Assembly: GCA_001599295.1 (NCBI GenBank)
Contig: BCGN01000001.1
Coordinates: 1,984,001-2,048,000 of the forward strand
Length of the DNA: 64,000 nt
Source: Sporopachydermia quercuum
Lineage: Eukaryota
Direction of reading: 5' to 3'
Shown here: piece by piece, positions 45,268 through 55,642 of the stretch
Layout: the number at the start of each line of letters is the position of its first letter
How positions within the stretch are numbered: the stretch's first letter is position 1
Notes under the pieces: generated by a model
Told to the model about the DNA's origin: nothing
Databases searched by the model: none
What the model saw: only the letters and a program-made list of their open reading frames with translations
Position numbers and translations under genes: made by a program

Positions 45268-46023
45268 ATGCCCATCTTACTGACAAGTAAAGTAGCCTTG
45301 GTCACAGGGGCCTCTACAGGTGTAGGAGAAGGGATAGCTAAAGCATTATTCAAAGCTGGAGCCAAAGTTATTATTACAGCTCGAAATCAAGAACAAATAA
45401 CTGCTACTGCAAGGAAAATCGACTCTTCAGGTGAGAATGTTATTGGTACAGTTGCAGATGTAAGAGATCCAACTGCCATTCAAGGTCTCATCAATAGTAT
45501 AGAGAAAGACTTTGGATCTTTGAATTATCTAGTTAACAACGCAGGGATCACAGGCTCACATGGTGTTAAAATCACTGATTATGATTTAAAAGAATGGGAT
45601 CAGGTTATTCAAACGAACATCAGTGGTACGTTCTATACAATGAAATATGCTGTACCTTTAATAGCAAAAAGTGGAGGAGGAAGCATTGTTAACCTTGCCG
45701 CAGTTAATGGCGTAGTTGGAATCGGTGGAATTGCACCATATACCGCTACCAAACACGCAATCATTGGCTTAACTCAAAGCGCTGCCTTAGAGTTTGTTGA
45801 CCAGAGTATTCGTGTCAATGCAATTGCCCCCGGATATGTGGCCACTCCTGGCATTAAGAGCTTGCCTGCAGAGACACAACAATGGATGGCAGAACAGCAC
45901 CCAATGAAACGAATGGCAACAACCGAGGAGATAGCTAATACTGTTTTATTTCTTTTGTCACCATTAAGTAGTTTCACTACGGGCTCAGTTTACCCTATTG
46001 ATGGTGGATACTTAGCTCAATAG
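45268..46023 (+). CDS. Classical short-chain dehydrogenase/reductase, bacterial type
   Basis: TGASTGVG, NNAGI, YTATK catalytic motif, IRVNAIAPG, HPMKRMA, TGSVYPIDGGYLAQ; 251 aa, intronless. Confidence 0.92.
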   Translation: MPILLTSKVALVTGASTGVGEGIAKALFKAGAKVIITARNQEQITATARKIDSSGENVIGTVADVRDPTAIQGLINSIEKDFGSLNYLVNNAGITGSHGVKITDYDLKEWDQVIQTNISGTFYTMKYAVPLIAKSGGGSIVNLAAVNGVVGIGGIAPYTATKHAIIGLTQSAALEFVDQSIRVNAIAPGYVATPGIKSLPAETQQWMAEQHPMKRMATTEEIANTVLFLLSPLSSFTTGSVYPIDGGYLAQ

Positions 46024-49000
46024 ATGAGGTAGTTCAATGAAGAGATCCTTTCTGCAACTTCTGAAAGAAGTCTTATATATTTACATTTGAATGCCTTAAG
46101 ATATCACATAAAAGAAATAAAAAATGGTGAAAAGTGAAGGTTTAGTGATGAAATATAGATAATGCCATGGAGATACTGCTCAAGGCTCAAGAATCAAATA
46201 AACTGTGAAAGCGTGTCATATCAATGTTTTAGTATACGACGCTTTTTACCCTTCAAGCCAAGATTGATTCCATCTGACATAAACATCGCCGACTCTCTGG
46301 AAGGCTAACAATGGCAGAAATTATATCTCAAGTCTAAAAACAAAACCTGATTATAAATGTGATACAAATATCTTTCCAGTAGCTATCTACCATGCTTATG
46401 ACAGCATTACCGAAACCCCAAGAAATGTAGTACTGGTTCAAAACCTATCTATCGATGCTTTGATATGCACAGTCATGCATCTATGTAGTACCCTGCATAA
46501 TGTGATACCTGCTATTAAACATTACATAATCCAATAAGTTACCACGAGTTTAATGTTTAAGTTTTCGAATCATCGCTTTAATTAAGAAGTATAGGATTCG
46601 AACTTATAACCTTCAGAGTTGTAAATCAAATGCAACCTTAAAATGCGAAACTCCAACTTTATTTCCCAATGTTCCAACAACTTTCTCTTTTCTGTTATTG
46701 ATTTGATAGGGAGACAGGATAAATAAGAAAAAAAAGTAATAAAGATATTTAAAAGATCAATGAATATTCGAAAAGTTTTCAATTTGAATTTCCCATAGAT
46801 TTTACGTTATACTACCTCATCAGAAGAATATGATCAAGTATAATAGACAACACTGATTCGTGGATATACTTTCCTTTATGGGTTATCCTGTTAGATAGAC
46901 TCTCATCGGGTGGAATGGTACCTTATAAAGAATGAGAAAAAACATCCCATTATGCGAAGGTTTAAAAAAACTGAAACGAATCAATTGACATTTGATGCCA
47001 ATCCAGGGGTTGATATAAATCAAATCAGGTGAACGACAATAGCCAAAATTTGTGGTTCTTTATTGAGTAGTTTTGTTTGTATGTTAGCTTACAACATGGA
47101 ATCGTGATGAGGCTATCAAGGTTCAACCTGCCGTAACAGTAGTATCAAATGATGAATTTGTTTGTTCCGTATACTCACCTCTATTACTATTTATTGCAGA
47201 TTATTATAATCCTTCTGTAACCAGTGTGATATTCCAGGAATATTGGTTGGCTATTTACTTTGGAGCTTATAGCTGAATTAGCAATCATCATAGCCATAGA
47301 GGAAAAAGATTGTTTCTTAAAATGTATGAATCTTTTATATATTTCATCAAGCAAACCAGGGTTTGATTTTCGATACGTACGTGATCAAAAACTATTCAGA
47401 AGGCTCCCAAGTTTATGCACTCTTTCGCTTGTAATTATATAGTTTCGGGTAAAAGCTATCTGGTTCAACAAAGTTTTCGTTGATTTTTTCTAAGAGATTT
47501 ATACATATCCAACTTTGTTCTATTCTATAGTGACGAAATTACATTAAAATCCCATGTAAAAGACAATCAGTAACGCGGTCAGACAATCAAGAAGTTTTTG
47601 GACAGTTGGCTACCATGAAGAGGAAGTCTCAAGAAACGGATAGTTAGTTTATCAATAAATTTATTTATATAATGAATGATCCACCGAGCAAAGTGCAGTA
47701 TATTTATTGCTGTAAGTTCTTCACTCGGTCTGACATTAGCGCATATCTAATACACCTTGGTACAGCTTCTACCATGTCGTGGAAATGCATGAATTCATTT
47801 ATATTCATCATTTCTCCATTGAAGTCAACCCATCATATGAACATCTTAACTCAATAATATTCGTTTTCCAGTCCAGTCCTTTTTATTATATCCTTTTTGG
47901 TACTTTCACTTCATATTCGTCTTTCTCATCCCAGTAATTCATTTTTGTGCTAGCTAAATGTAAATGAGTCCTTCGATTAAACTTCAGACTGGTCCTGTAG
48001 TATTTCCGGACAATAAAACGTTATTCTAAATCTAACTCGTATGCAAGTAAAAACTACTAATTAAGCTGCTGTTTCAGTCAGGTAATATCAATTGTACCAA
48101 AAATACTGATTAAACTTGCCCCCCGCATCAAAACAAGCTCTAATGAATAATTGGCGCGCATTAGCTCACACATTCTTCATTCATTCATTCCTCAAGTCTA
48201 TCTATGCCTTGTTTAAGAATCAGCACAGTACTTAGCCATATCAATGTTTCTACAAACGGAAAAATACCATATATTCAATACCAGATTAGTTCACATAATT
48301 CAAACCTCGCCTTGAAATTATATAACTAGATATAGCTCTTTCTTCATTTCCTTTTTGGATTCTTCTCTATCGATGCTTAATCAAATTCCTGTCTCATATC
48401 CCATATTCAGCTTTATCTTTTCTGTCCCTTGTTCTAACAAATCACTAAATTCCTTATAAACTCAAACTTTATTCATACTCTCCAAAAATAACGTTTAGCT
48501 CCTTAAATAAGTCTTTCGAAATTTTCCATCTAAACATCGTCAGTCCGGCTATGTGTCAGTCTGTGACAGCAAATGCTTAAGCATAGGAAGGGATGGTAGC
48601 AAATGGAAAGCGACGGTTGAGGTTTTTTCTTTTTCATGCGAACAATTGAAATCGAAAGGGATAGTTGAGGTATGCGGTGCTAAAAGAGAGAAATCAGTGG
48701 CTCACATCTTTTCGAATCTGTATTATTCCTTGTTTACAATTAACAGTTAATCTGGACATGATCACCTAGTTAATTTATAGAATTGTATTGTATCTATGCA
48801 GCACACATACACAGAGTACCGCGAGAAAATAATAGACAACGAAAAAAACACATTCCATAGAAATACCTTTACAGGGATTATTAATAGTTTACAGTGATTT
48901 CCATTATAAATCACAGTGTCGATCACATCAGGAAACAGCCCAAACTGAAAGTTGGCTATCAAAAAATAGCTGCAAGTAAGAAGAACAGCTTTTGTTACTG

Positions 49001-49273
49001 AACACACAAATCATATACTTCAACGGAACAGTCTAAAGGATATTTCTTGTTTGGATATAGTAAAGCGGAGAATCAACAAACGAAGGAATAAGCGAGTATT
49101 AAAGAGGATCAACAAGTTATTAGAATTACAGTCCGTTGATTGCTCATCATTTCAGGTCTTTTGATACTAGATACCAATATCTTTGCTACCATCCCGCATC
49201 ATTAAGTCAATATAGAAAAGAAGACACATAACAGTAAAACAATATAGTATAGTTCTACGACATTTTGGATACG

Positions 49274-52069
49274 ATGGAAGAGCCAGATAAGAAATCTGGT
49301 TTTCACCACCAACAGGATGAAGATTTGGTCGCTAAAACGACATTGTCCACCTCATCCGCCTCATCGTCATCATCGTCATCAAAACAATCACCCACATCGC
49401 CTGCAGGTACTACGAATCCTCATGCAGCAAGACCAAAACCAAGGAATACACCTTCAGCATCATCATTTCCTAAACTTCCAGCTGATCTGAAAGCAAAAGT
49501 AATGGCTTTTCAAGAACAACGACAACAGCAATCATTATCTAGGAGTTCAAGCCTAAGCAGTAAAGAAGCAGAAAATCAATTCTCCCGAATGTCACTAGGA
49601 AATACACCTACTGTTAGTAGTTCTTCTTCAAGCATTCGAACTAGTAATTCAATCATTCATAGTCCTTTACATCCAGTTGGTGTTGATGGTGAATGGTCAT
49701 TACCTGAGAGTGGTGGTGGTTCCATTGGGGGTAAACTGAGTAACAGCAATGCTTCATTAGCGCAACCATCATCAACATCAGCTTCACAAGCCAAAGTAAG
49801 AAATATTCTTCAAAACCAACCAGTATCAAACACAACACCGCATATTGCTTTAGAGAATATGAAACAGTTTAGATCATACCCTAATTTTGGTGATTTTTCG
49901 AAACAAGGTCTTGGGTCAAATAATCTGTCAGGCATGGTAAATACGTCAGGTGTAGAATTCGGCGCACAAGTTGACAGCACCAATAGTAGTAACTCCAGAA
50001 GTAGAAGCAACAGTAATGTGCAAGAGGACTCACAGAACGGCAATAGTGATTTGTCGAGCCGCAAGGCTAGCGACTCAGCACCTGCTTCACTTGCTCATTC
50101 ATCTAACACTTCTCCTGCTGGTTCATCGCTAGCTCTTGGTGTCAGTCACAGCTTTACTTCCGGAAGTAGTAGATCAATAAATAGTACAAGCACAGGTACC
50201 AACGAGAGCACAGGATCAACTAGGTCTGTTAGTTTAGTTGCTTCAGAAGAAACCGTCGCAAGCAGTGATGCTGATGCTTCTGGTAATGTTTTTTTATCTC
50301 CAGAAAACAAATCTGTGTGCCAAGTAATTGAATGCTCAGCGACGACACCTGAGTTTTCAGAGGTAGAGGTATCCCCTAGCGGTTCGATTGGAGATTCTCC
50401 TTCTACATTGAACGGCGACTGTGTAAACACTGAGCATTCAGATTCCCCTGTAAATGCGCCTATGAAGCTGAATCTCTCAAGTCTTGGAGAACACACCGAG
50501 TTGCAAGGATTGCAAACAGAAAGCATAAATCCGATTGCTCCTACCACAGGTTCCACTACAATATCAAGTACACTTCCTACTACGATATCTCCTATTTCAA
50601 CAGGTCTTCCAGATAATCTCCCCAGACTATCATCTCTACCTCTTAGAAATGCTCCATCTGCCCCCAGTTCCATTAAACCAAAACCAAAGCTATCGCTATC
50701 AGACAGAAGAGGTTTTACCAAGTTGAAAATGCCTACCATTCAACAGGATCAAGAACTAGTGACTTCAAACACACCGTCAACCAGAAGGAAACCGAACTTA
50801 TCATTAGCTTCTCTAGCAAGATCTCAAGATGCCGGCGGCAGTTCCCAAGGCGCGTTAGCTGGGAACTCTTCCTTCAATAGTATGAATTCTGGCTCCAGTG
50901 ATAATCCTTCTAGTACGATCTTTTCAAACTATTCGCGCTTTATCGATATTAAAACTGGAACATTGAATTTCCATGGCAAAGCGTCAGTTCATTCCCATGG
51001 GGTCGATTTCTCGTCGGGCTCTTCTTTCCGCATCACTCTGGATGATTTACAATTCATATCAGAATTAGGTAGAGGAAACTACGGAACAGTGACCAAAGTA
51101 CTTCATAAACCCACGAATGTCATGATGGCAATGAAGGAAATTCGTTTAGAGCTTGACGAGTCTAAATTTTCTCAAATCATCATGGAATTGGATGTTCTGC
51201 ATAAATGTCATTCNCCATTCATTGTTGATTTCTATGGTGCTTTTTTCGTTGAAGGAGCTGTTTACATGTGTATTGAGTATATGGACGGAGGTTCATTAGA
51301 TCAAATCTACGCTACAGGAGTTCCAGAGTGTTATTTAGGAGTCGTCACTGAATCCGTGATCCAGGGATTGAAAACATTGAAAGACCAATTCAATATTATC
51401 CATAGAGATGTGAAACCGACGAACATTCTTGTCTCATCATCAGGGAAAGTAAAATTATGCGATTTTGGAGTATCTGGCAATTTAGTGGCTAGCATTGCTA
51501 AAACAAATATTGGATGTCAATCATACATGGCACCAGAAAGAATCCGGAGCACATCTTCATTAAACAGTGATGTTATTTCTTATACCGTGCAATCTGATAT
51601 TTGGTCATTAGGCTTAACTATTTTAGAAGTTGCTAAAGGAATGTACCCTTATCCTCCTGAGACATATTCTAATATATTTTCGCAATTGAGTGCTATTGTT
51701 GATGGAGAGCCACCAACATTAACCGAATGGCCAGATTGCGCTGATCATTTAGATGCCAATGGAAGATATGATGATGAATTATTATTGAGGAAGGAACCCA
51801 GGAAGTTTTCACCCTTAGCCAACAGGTTTATTAAAGCATGTTTGAACAAAGATCCGGGGAAAAGACCTGATTATGGACATTTACTTGAACATGAATGGAT
51901 TAAACGATTTGATGCATTACAGAAGAAAGGACTAATTGATATGGGAGAATTTGTCAAATCACGAGTTGAGTTGAAACAGCAACAGAAGAGCGACAAGCCT
52001 AAGGAAACACCTGTTCCTGCTTTACATAAAGGAGGTCTTCCTAGTAAAGATGAAACAACGAATGAATAA
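49274..52069 (+). CDS. PBS2: HOG pathway MAP kinase kinase Pbs2
   Basis: First ATG 49274 (track start is TTG). KVMAFQEQR docking-like motif, LSDRRG, FSNYSRFIDIKTGTLNFHGKASVHSHGVDFSSGSSFRI, LGRGNYG, activation loop GNLVASIAKTNIGCQSYMAPERI. Confidence 0.96.
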   Translation: MEEPDKKSGFHHQQDEDLVAKTTLSTSSASSSSSSSKQSPTSPAGTTNPHAARPKPRNTPSASSFPKLPADLKAKVMAFQEQRQQQSLSRSSSLSSKEAENQFSRMSLGNTPTVSSSSSSIRTSNSIIHSPLHPVGVDGEWSLPESGGGSIGGKLSNSNASLAQPSSTSASQAKVRNILQNQPVSNTTPHIALENMKQFRSYPNFGDFSKQGLGSNNLSGMVNTSGVEFGAQVDSTNSSNSRSRSNSNVQEDSQNGNSDLSSRKASDSAPASLAHSSNTSPAGSSLALGVSHSFTSGSSRSINSTSTGTNESTGSTRSVSLVASEETVASSDADASGNVFLSPENKSVCQVIECSATTPEFSEVEVSPSGSIGDSPSTLNGDCVNTEHSDSPVNAPMKLNLSSLGEHTELQGLQTESINPIAPTTGSTTISSTLPTTISPISTGLPDNLPRLSSLPLRNAPSAPSSIKPKPKLSLSDRRGFTKLKMPTIQQDQELVTSNTPSTRRKPNLSLASLARSQDAGGSSQGALAGNSSFNSMNSGSSDNPSSTIFSNYSRFIDIKTGTLNFHGKASVHSHGVDFSSGSSFRITLDDLQFISELGRGNYGTVTKVLHKPTNVMMAMKEIRLELDESKFSQIIMELDVLHKCHXPFIVDFYGAFFVEGAVYMCIEYMDGGSLDQIYATGVPECYLGVVTESVIQGLKTLKDQFNIIHRDVKPTNILVSSSGKVKLCDFGVSGNLVASIAKTNIGCQSYMAPERIRSTSSLNSDVISYTVQSDIWSLGLTILEVAKGMYPYPPETYSNIFSQLSAIVDGEPPTLTEWPDCADHLDANGRYDDELLLRKEPRKFSPLANRFIKACLNKDPGKRPDYGHLLEHEWIKRFDALQKKGLIDMGEFVKSRVELKQQQKSDKPKETPVPALHKGGLPSKDETTNE

Positions 52070-52829
52070 ACGAATGTGTCAAAGTGGTGAAATGCGAGAC
52101 AGTAAATATGAGAAAAGATAAATGAAAATTTACTATTAGTATGATATATNACCAGGAGATGCATATATATAATGAATACACTGATAGATATGCATATAGA
52201 AAAAACATTACCATGTAGCTGTATGTAGAGTAACATAGAATGCTATTCAGACAGGAAATGGAAGTTCCTTTAAAGTTTCTATGGATAATGAATAATTATT
52301 AACGTAAAGCACCTCATATTAAAAACCTTCCACAATTTGTTCAACCAAAAGATACTGCAAAATCTGCTAAAGTGACGATATCTTCCTTTGTTCAGCTCCT
52401 TGCTGGTTTATTTAGCTGAATACACCATTTCAATCACAGCATACATAATAGTCATAATAAGCAACACATCAGAGCAGATGCATGCTAAATGCACAATCTC
52501 CAAAGTTTGTAAGGATGTCAAGCAATATCAGTACTCTATATTTGAAGAAGCATTCAATAGAGATTACATTCTTTATAACAGTAACAATAGGAGCAAAAAG
52601 AAAGGCAAAATTCGATAGATCACTCCTATTTGATTGATATCAAACATTAATTCATCAAATATCACCAGTAACAGTGAAAAATTCAGTGACTGTTTGATAC
52701 TTATTATAGCTGTTGGTTTACAGCAGAAACCAAACCAGAGATGTTGTAACCAGTCAATATTCCACCAAAAACATTATGCTATAACAACAGTATTATCATC
52801 ATATTCTCATCATACCATCAATCTCACTA

Positions 52830-54446
52830 TCACCCTAATAACCAATTAGCAACTCGATTTTCAACATTTAAATTTCTTGAGTCATTTGATTGCGTTTCTG
52901 GTTCTCTAGGAGATACAACAGGGTACTATTAATCAGTTAGTTAAATTAGTGTCATAGAATATATAGAGCATAAGAGAGAATTTTAATAGCGTGATATCAA
53001 ATGCTGTTATCAAATGAAACTATTACCCTTCTTCACTATCCTCATACTTACATTCCAGTCACCATATACCATATTCATTTTAGCATAGTGATACAGTTTA
53101 TCATCTTGAGCCAATTCCCTGTCATAAAGAAACCTATCAGGCATACTTGTATTATTTGTTCCATAACTGATAGAAGATCCTAATAAACTTGCATTATCAT
53201 CAGAATTAACTCTAACGNCACTAAAACTACCATTATGGTGATTTCTTCTCTTGTTCTTAACATCAATTTGTGGTAACCAGTATTTACCTTTACCACCACG
53301 AACATATCTTAATCCTTCATTGATTCTTGACATTCTGGTTGAACTCTCCGGATGATCCAATACTGCTTCTATTGAATCAAACTGCCTATATCCATAACCA
53401 TTACCATAAAAAGTATTTTTAAAATCACTGACTAGATCTTTACACCCTAGTAAAGAATCTTTAAATGCCATTGTAGAGGTTAATCTACAGCCTTTTCTGC
53501 ACATTTCTGGTGTAGCGTATTCCTTATAGGAAAAAGCAATTGAGTGCAAAACTGCGAACCCCACTAACTCCACACACATTAAAGAATTCTGAATCACCGC
53601 CGCAATGTTATCTTTTGTATAGTATCCAACATCATGAATAATCCCAACGAATTGTAGCAATGATAGTAAGAATCCTTGCCAATATGATGCAAATATAATC
53701 AGCTTGATACAAAGAAATTTTTTCAGAGGCTTGAAAGGCTTCAGATCATCAAGTAAACAATACCAAAATAATGCTAGTGAGTATAATGACAACGACGCAC
53801 TCAAATTGTATCCTATACTTATCCACATGTAACCACTCTTTAGTCCGATATAATTACTTTGATATGTATCTGTCGCTTGACATATGACAATAGCTAGACA
53901 TAAAAATGGCTTGATCCAAGTATACTGTAAAATTCCTCTTTTTACCGCCAGAAATGAATAAGGATCACTTATATCAATCTTGGGGAAACAGTAATTGAAT
54001 GGGAAGAGTAAAGGCTTGGGGGACCTTCCTGAGGTAAATAGAATAATATTTCTCTCTCCTCCAAGGATTTTCGTTAGTAATGAAAAAAAAGTATAGATAA
54101 CAAAAGCTTCATACACTTCTTTTATTGGTTCTAGAATTTCTCCAAGTAGAGATCCTGTGAGGTTGAACCATGAACTTAAAGCGTATAATGGAACTAAAAC
54201 TTGTATTCGTACAATTAATCGCTGGAGTGCAGGCTTCCTATAGTTTAGAAGCTGTGATACTATTGACGTCAAGGATATCAGAACTGATAAAATTGTACAG
54301 ATACTACAGAAGGTTTGAATACTATGAGGCAGCCGTGGCAAAGGATTTTCGGTGGTAGGAGAATCTATATTGTGCGGATCATTTTGTGTTTGTTGCTGTG
54401 ATAGGAGAAGACTGCTTAACATTTGTAATGGATAGTATAGATTCAT
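52830..54446 (-). CDS. HFL1: OSTalpha/TMEM184-family vacuolar membrane protein Hfl1, 2 exons
   Basis: Exon 1 54446-53052; intron 53051-52926 (GTAAGT...AACTAAC...TAG); exon 2 52925-52830. NYRKPALQRLIVRI, YEAFVIYTFF, KRGILQYTWIKP, KFLCIKLIIFASYWQG, GLRYVRGGKGKYW; splicing restores YGDWN|YPVV. Confidence 0.9.
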
Positions 54447-55642
54447 TGTTGGAGACTTTAGCTAGGATTCAGGACAAAACATAAGATTATTCACCTGGAT
54501 GGTTCAACATAGAAAAGGATAGAACTAGGCTGGTGTTTTCTTTTCTCGCTCAGTAGGTAGAATATCTGAGCTGTTGAAGAACAACTGAGAATTAAGCTGA
54601 AGACTGAAGAAGAGGCACTTTAGGACAAGAGCAGGTTGTCAGCTTGATGGTAGAAGCTTATGGCTTGGGAACATATTTTCAGTAAAGAATCTAAAGAGAA
54701 GTTCAGATAGGTTCATTGCTGGAAGAATCAGAAATCTATTTGTAAATAAGAGAAAAGATAATAGTGAATAGCAAAATGTATCAAAAGGAAGAAAGAAGAG
54801 AAGGTCAATAAACACGAGCTTTTCGTGAACGTGATGAGGTTCTTACGCGGAGAAGATAATAGAGGATAGTATCCGAAATATGGGAGTAGGAAATGATGGC
54901 TGAGTAAATGATTTGTACACTTGGGATTATTTGAATGGTTACGGGATAGCTTTAAAGGGTTTTAACATAACAGCCGAGCTGGTAAAACTTTATGAAGATA
55001 TTCAATTAGATGTCACTGATGTCTAATAATAAATTCAGTTGAATGGCCACCTTGCTCAGCTTCAAATTACTTATTTTTATATTATATCCGTAATTTCAAC
55101 TTCCTGTATGCATGCTATCTGTTGATAACTTGATTCTGACATTTGGCTCTCGGACAACATAATTATAGGACACTTTATTCGGACAAATTTTCTACTTTGT
55201 CAAAATCTTGTATATTGGCATAATCACCCTCTTACTATATGCTTCCGCTATATAACTGTATGTAATATGAATAAAGGTAAAGGATTATCTGATCCTATTT
55301 ATTTTATTGATTATCTTTTTTATAATTATATCAGATTGTGAATGGGGGGATTTCTCCGCTTCCTTGTAATAAATCATGTATCCTGACGTTTCTAACCGAT
55401 AAATGTTAGGTTTCATGTCGGACACTGTCTACTTAATAACTTAATAGTGTAATGGTTTTAAACCTTAACATGACAAATATGCATTCCATCATAATCTTAC
55501 AGAATCATACATATAAAACAAAAGTTAATCTCAATTGTTCCTTTTTTACTCTTATCAATTCCTTTAGTTCTTTCGAATTGTTTTAATTCTACTTATCAAA
55601 ATTTGCCAAAAAGACGAAACTTCCTGGCAAAAAGCCTCAAAA

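Noticed and set aside
46280..46540. About 85-codon open stretch downstream of the SDR, considered as a pseudogene or co-transferred fragment
   Set aside because: No start codon near its 5' end and no recognisable motif; compatible with chance.
46024..49273. Long gene-free intervals (also 21303-24593 and 26730-29944) considered as centromere, LTR or transposon relics
   Set aside because: I found no CDEI-II-III layout, TG...CA LTR with target-site duplication, or transposase/RT fragments; each lies upstream of a regulatory gene, which can explain its length.
54948..54960. Zap1-like element (AGCTTTAAAGGGT) upstream of the GPI-PLD-like gene
   Set aside because: Too many mismatches to ACCTTNAAGGT.
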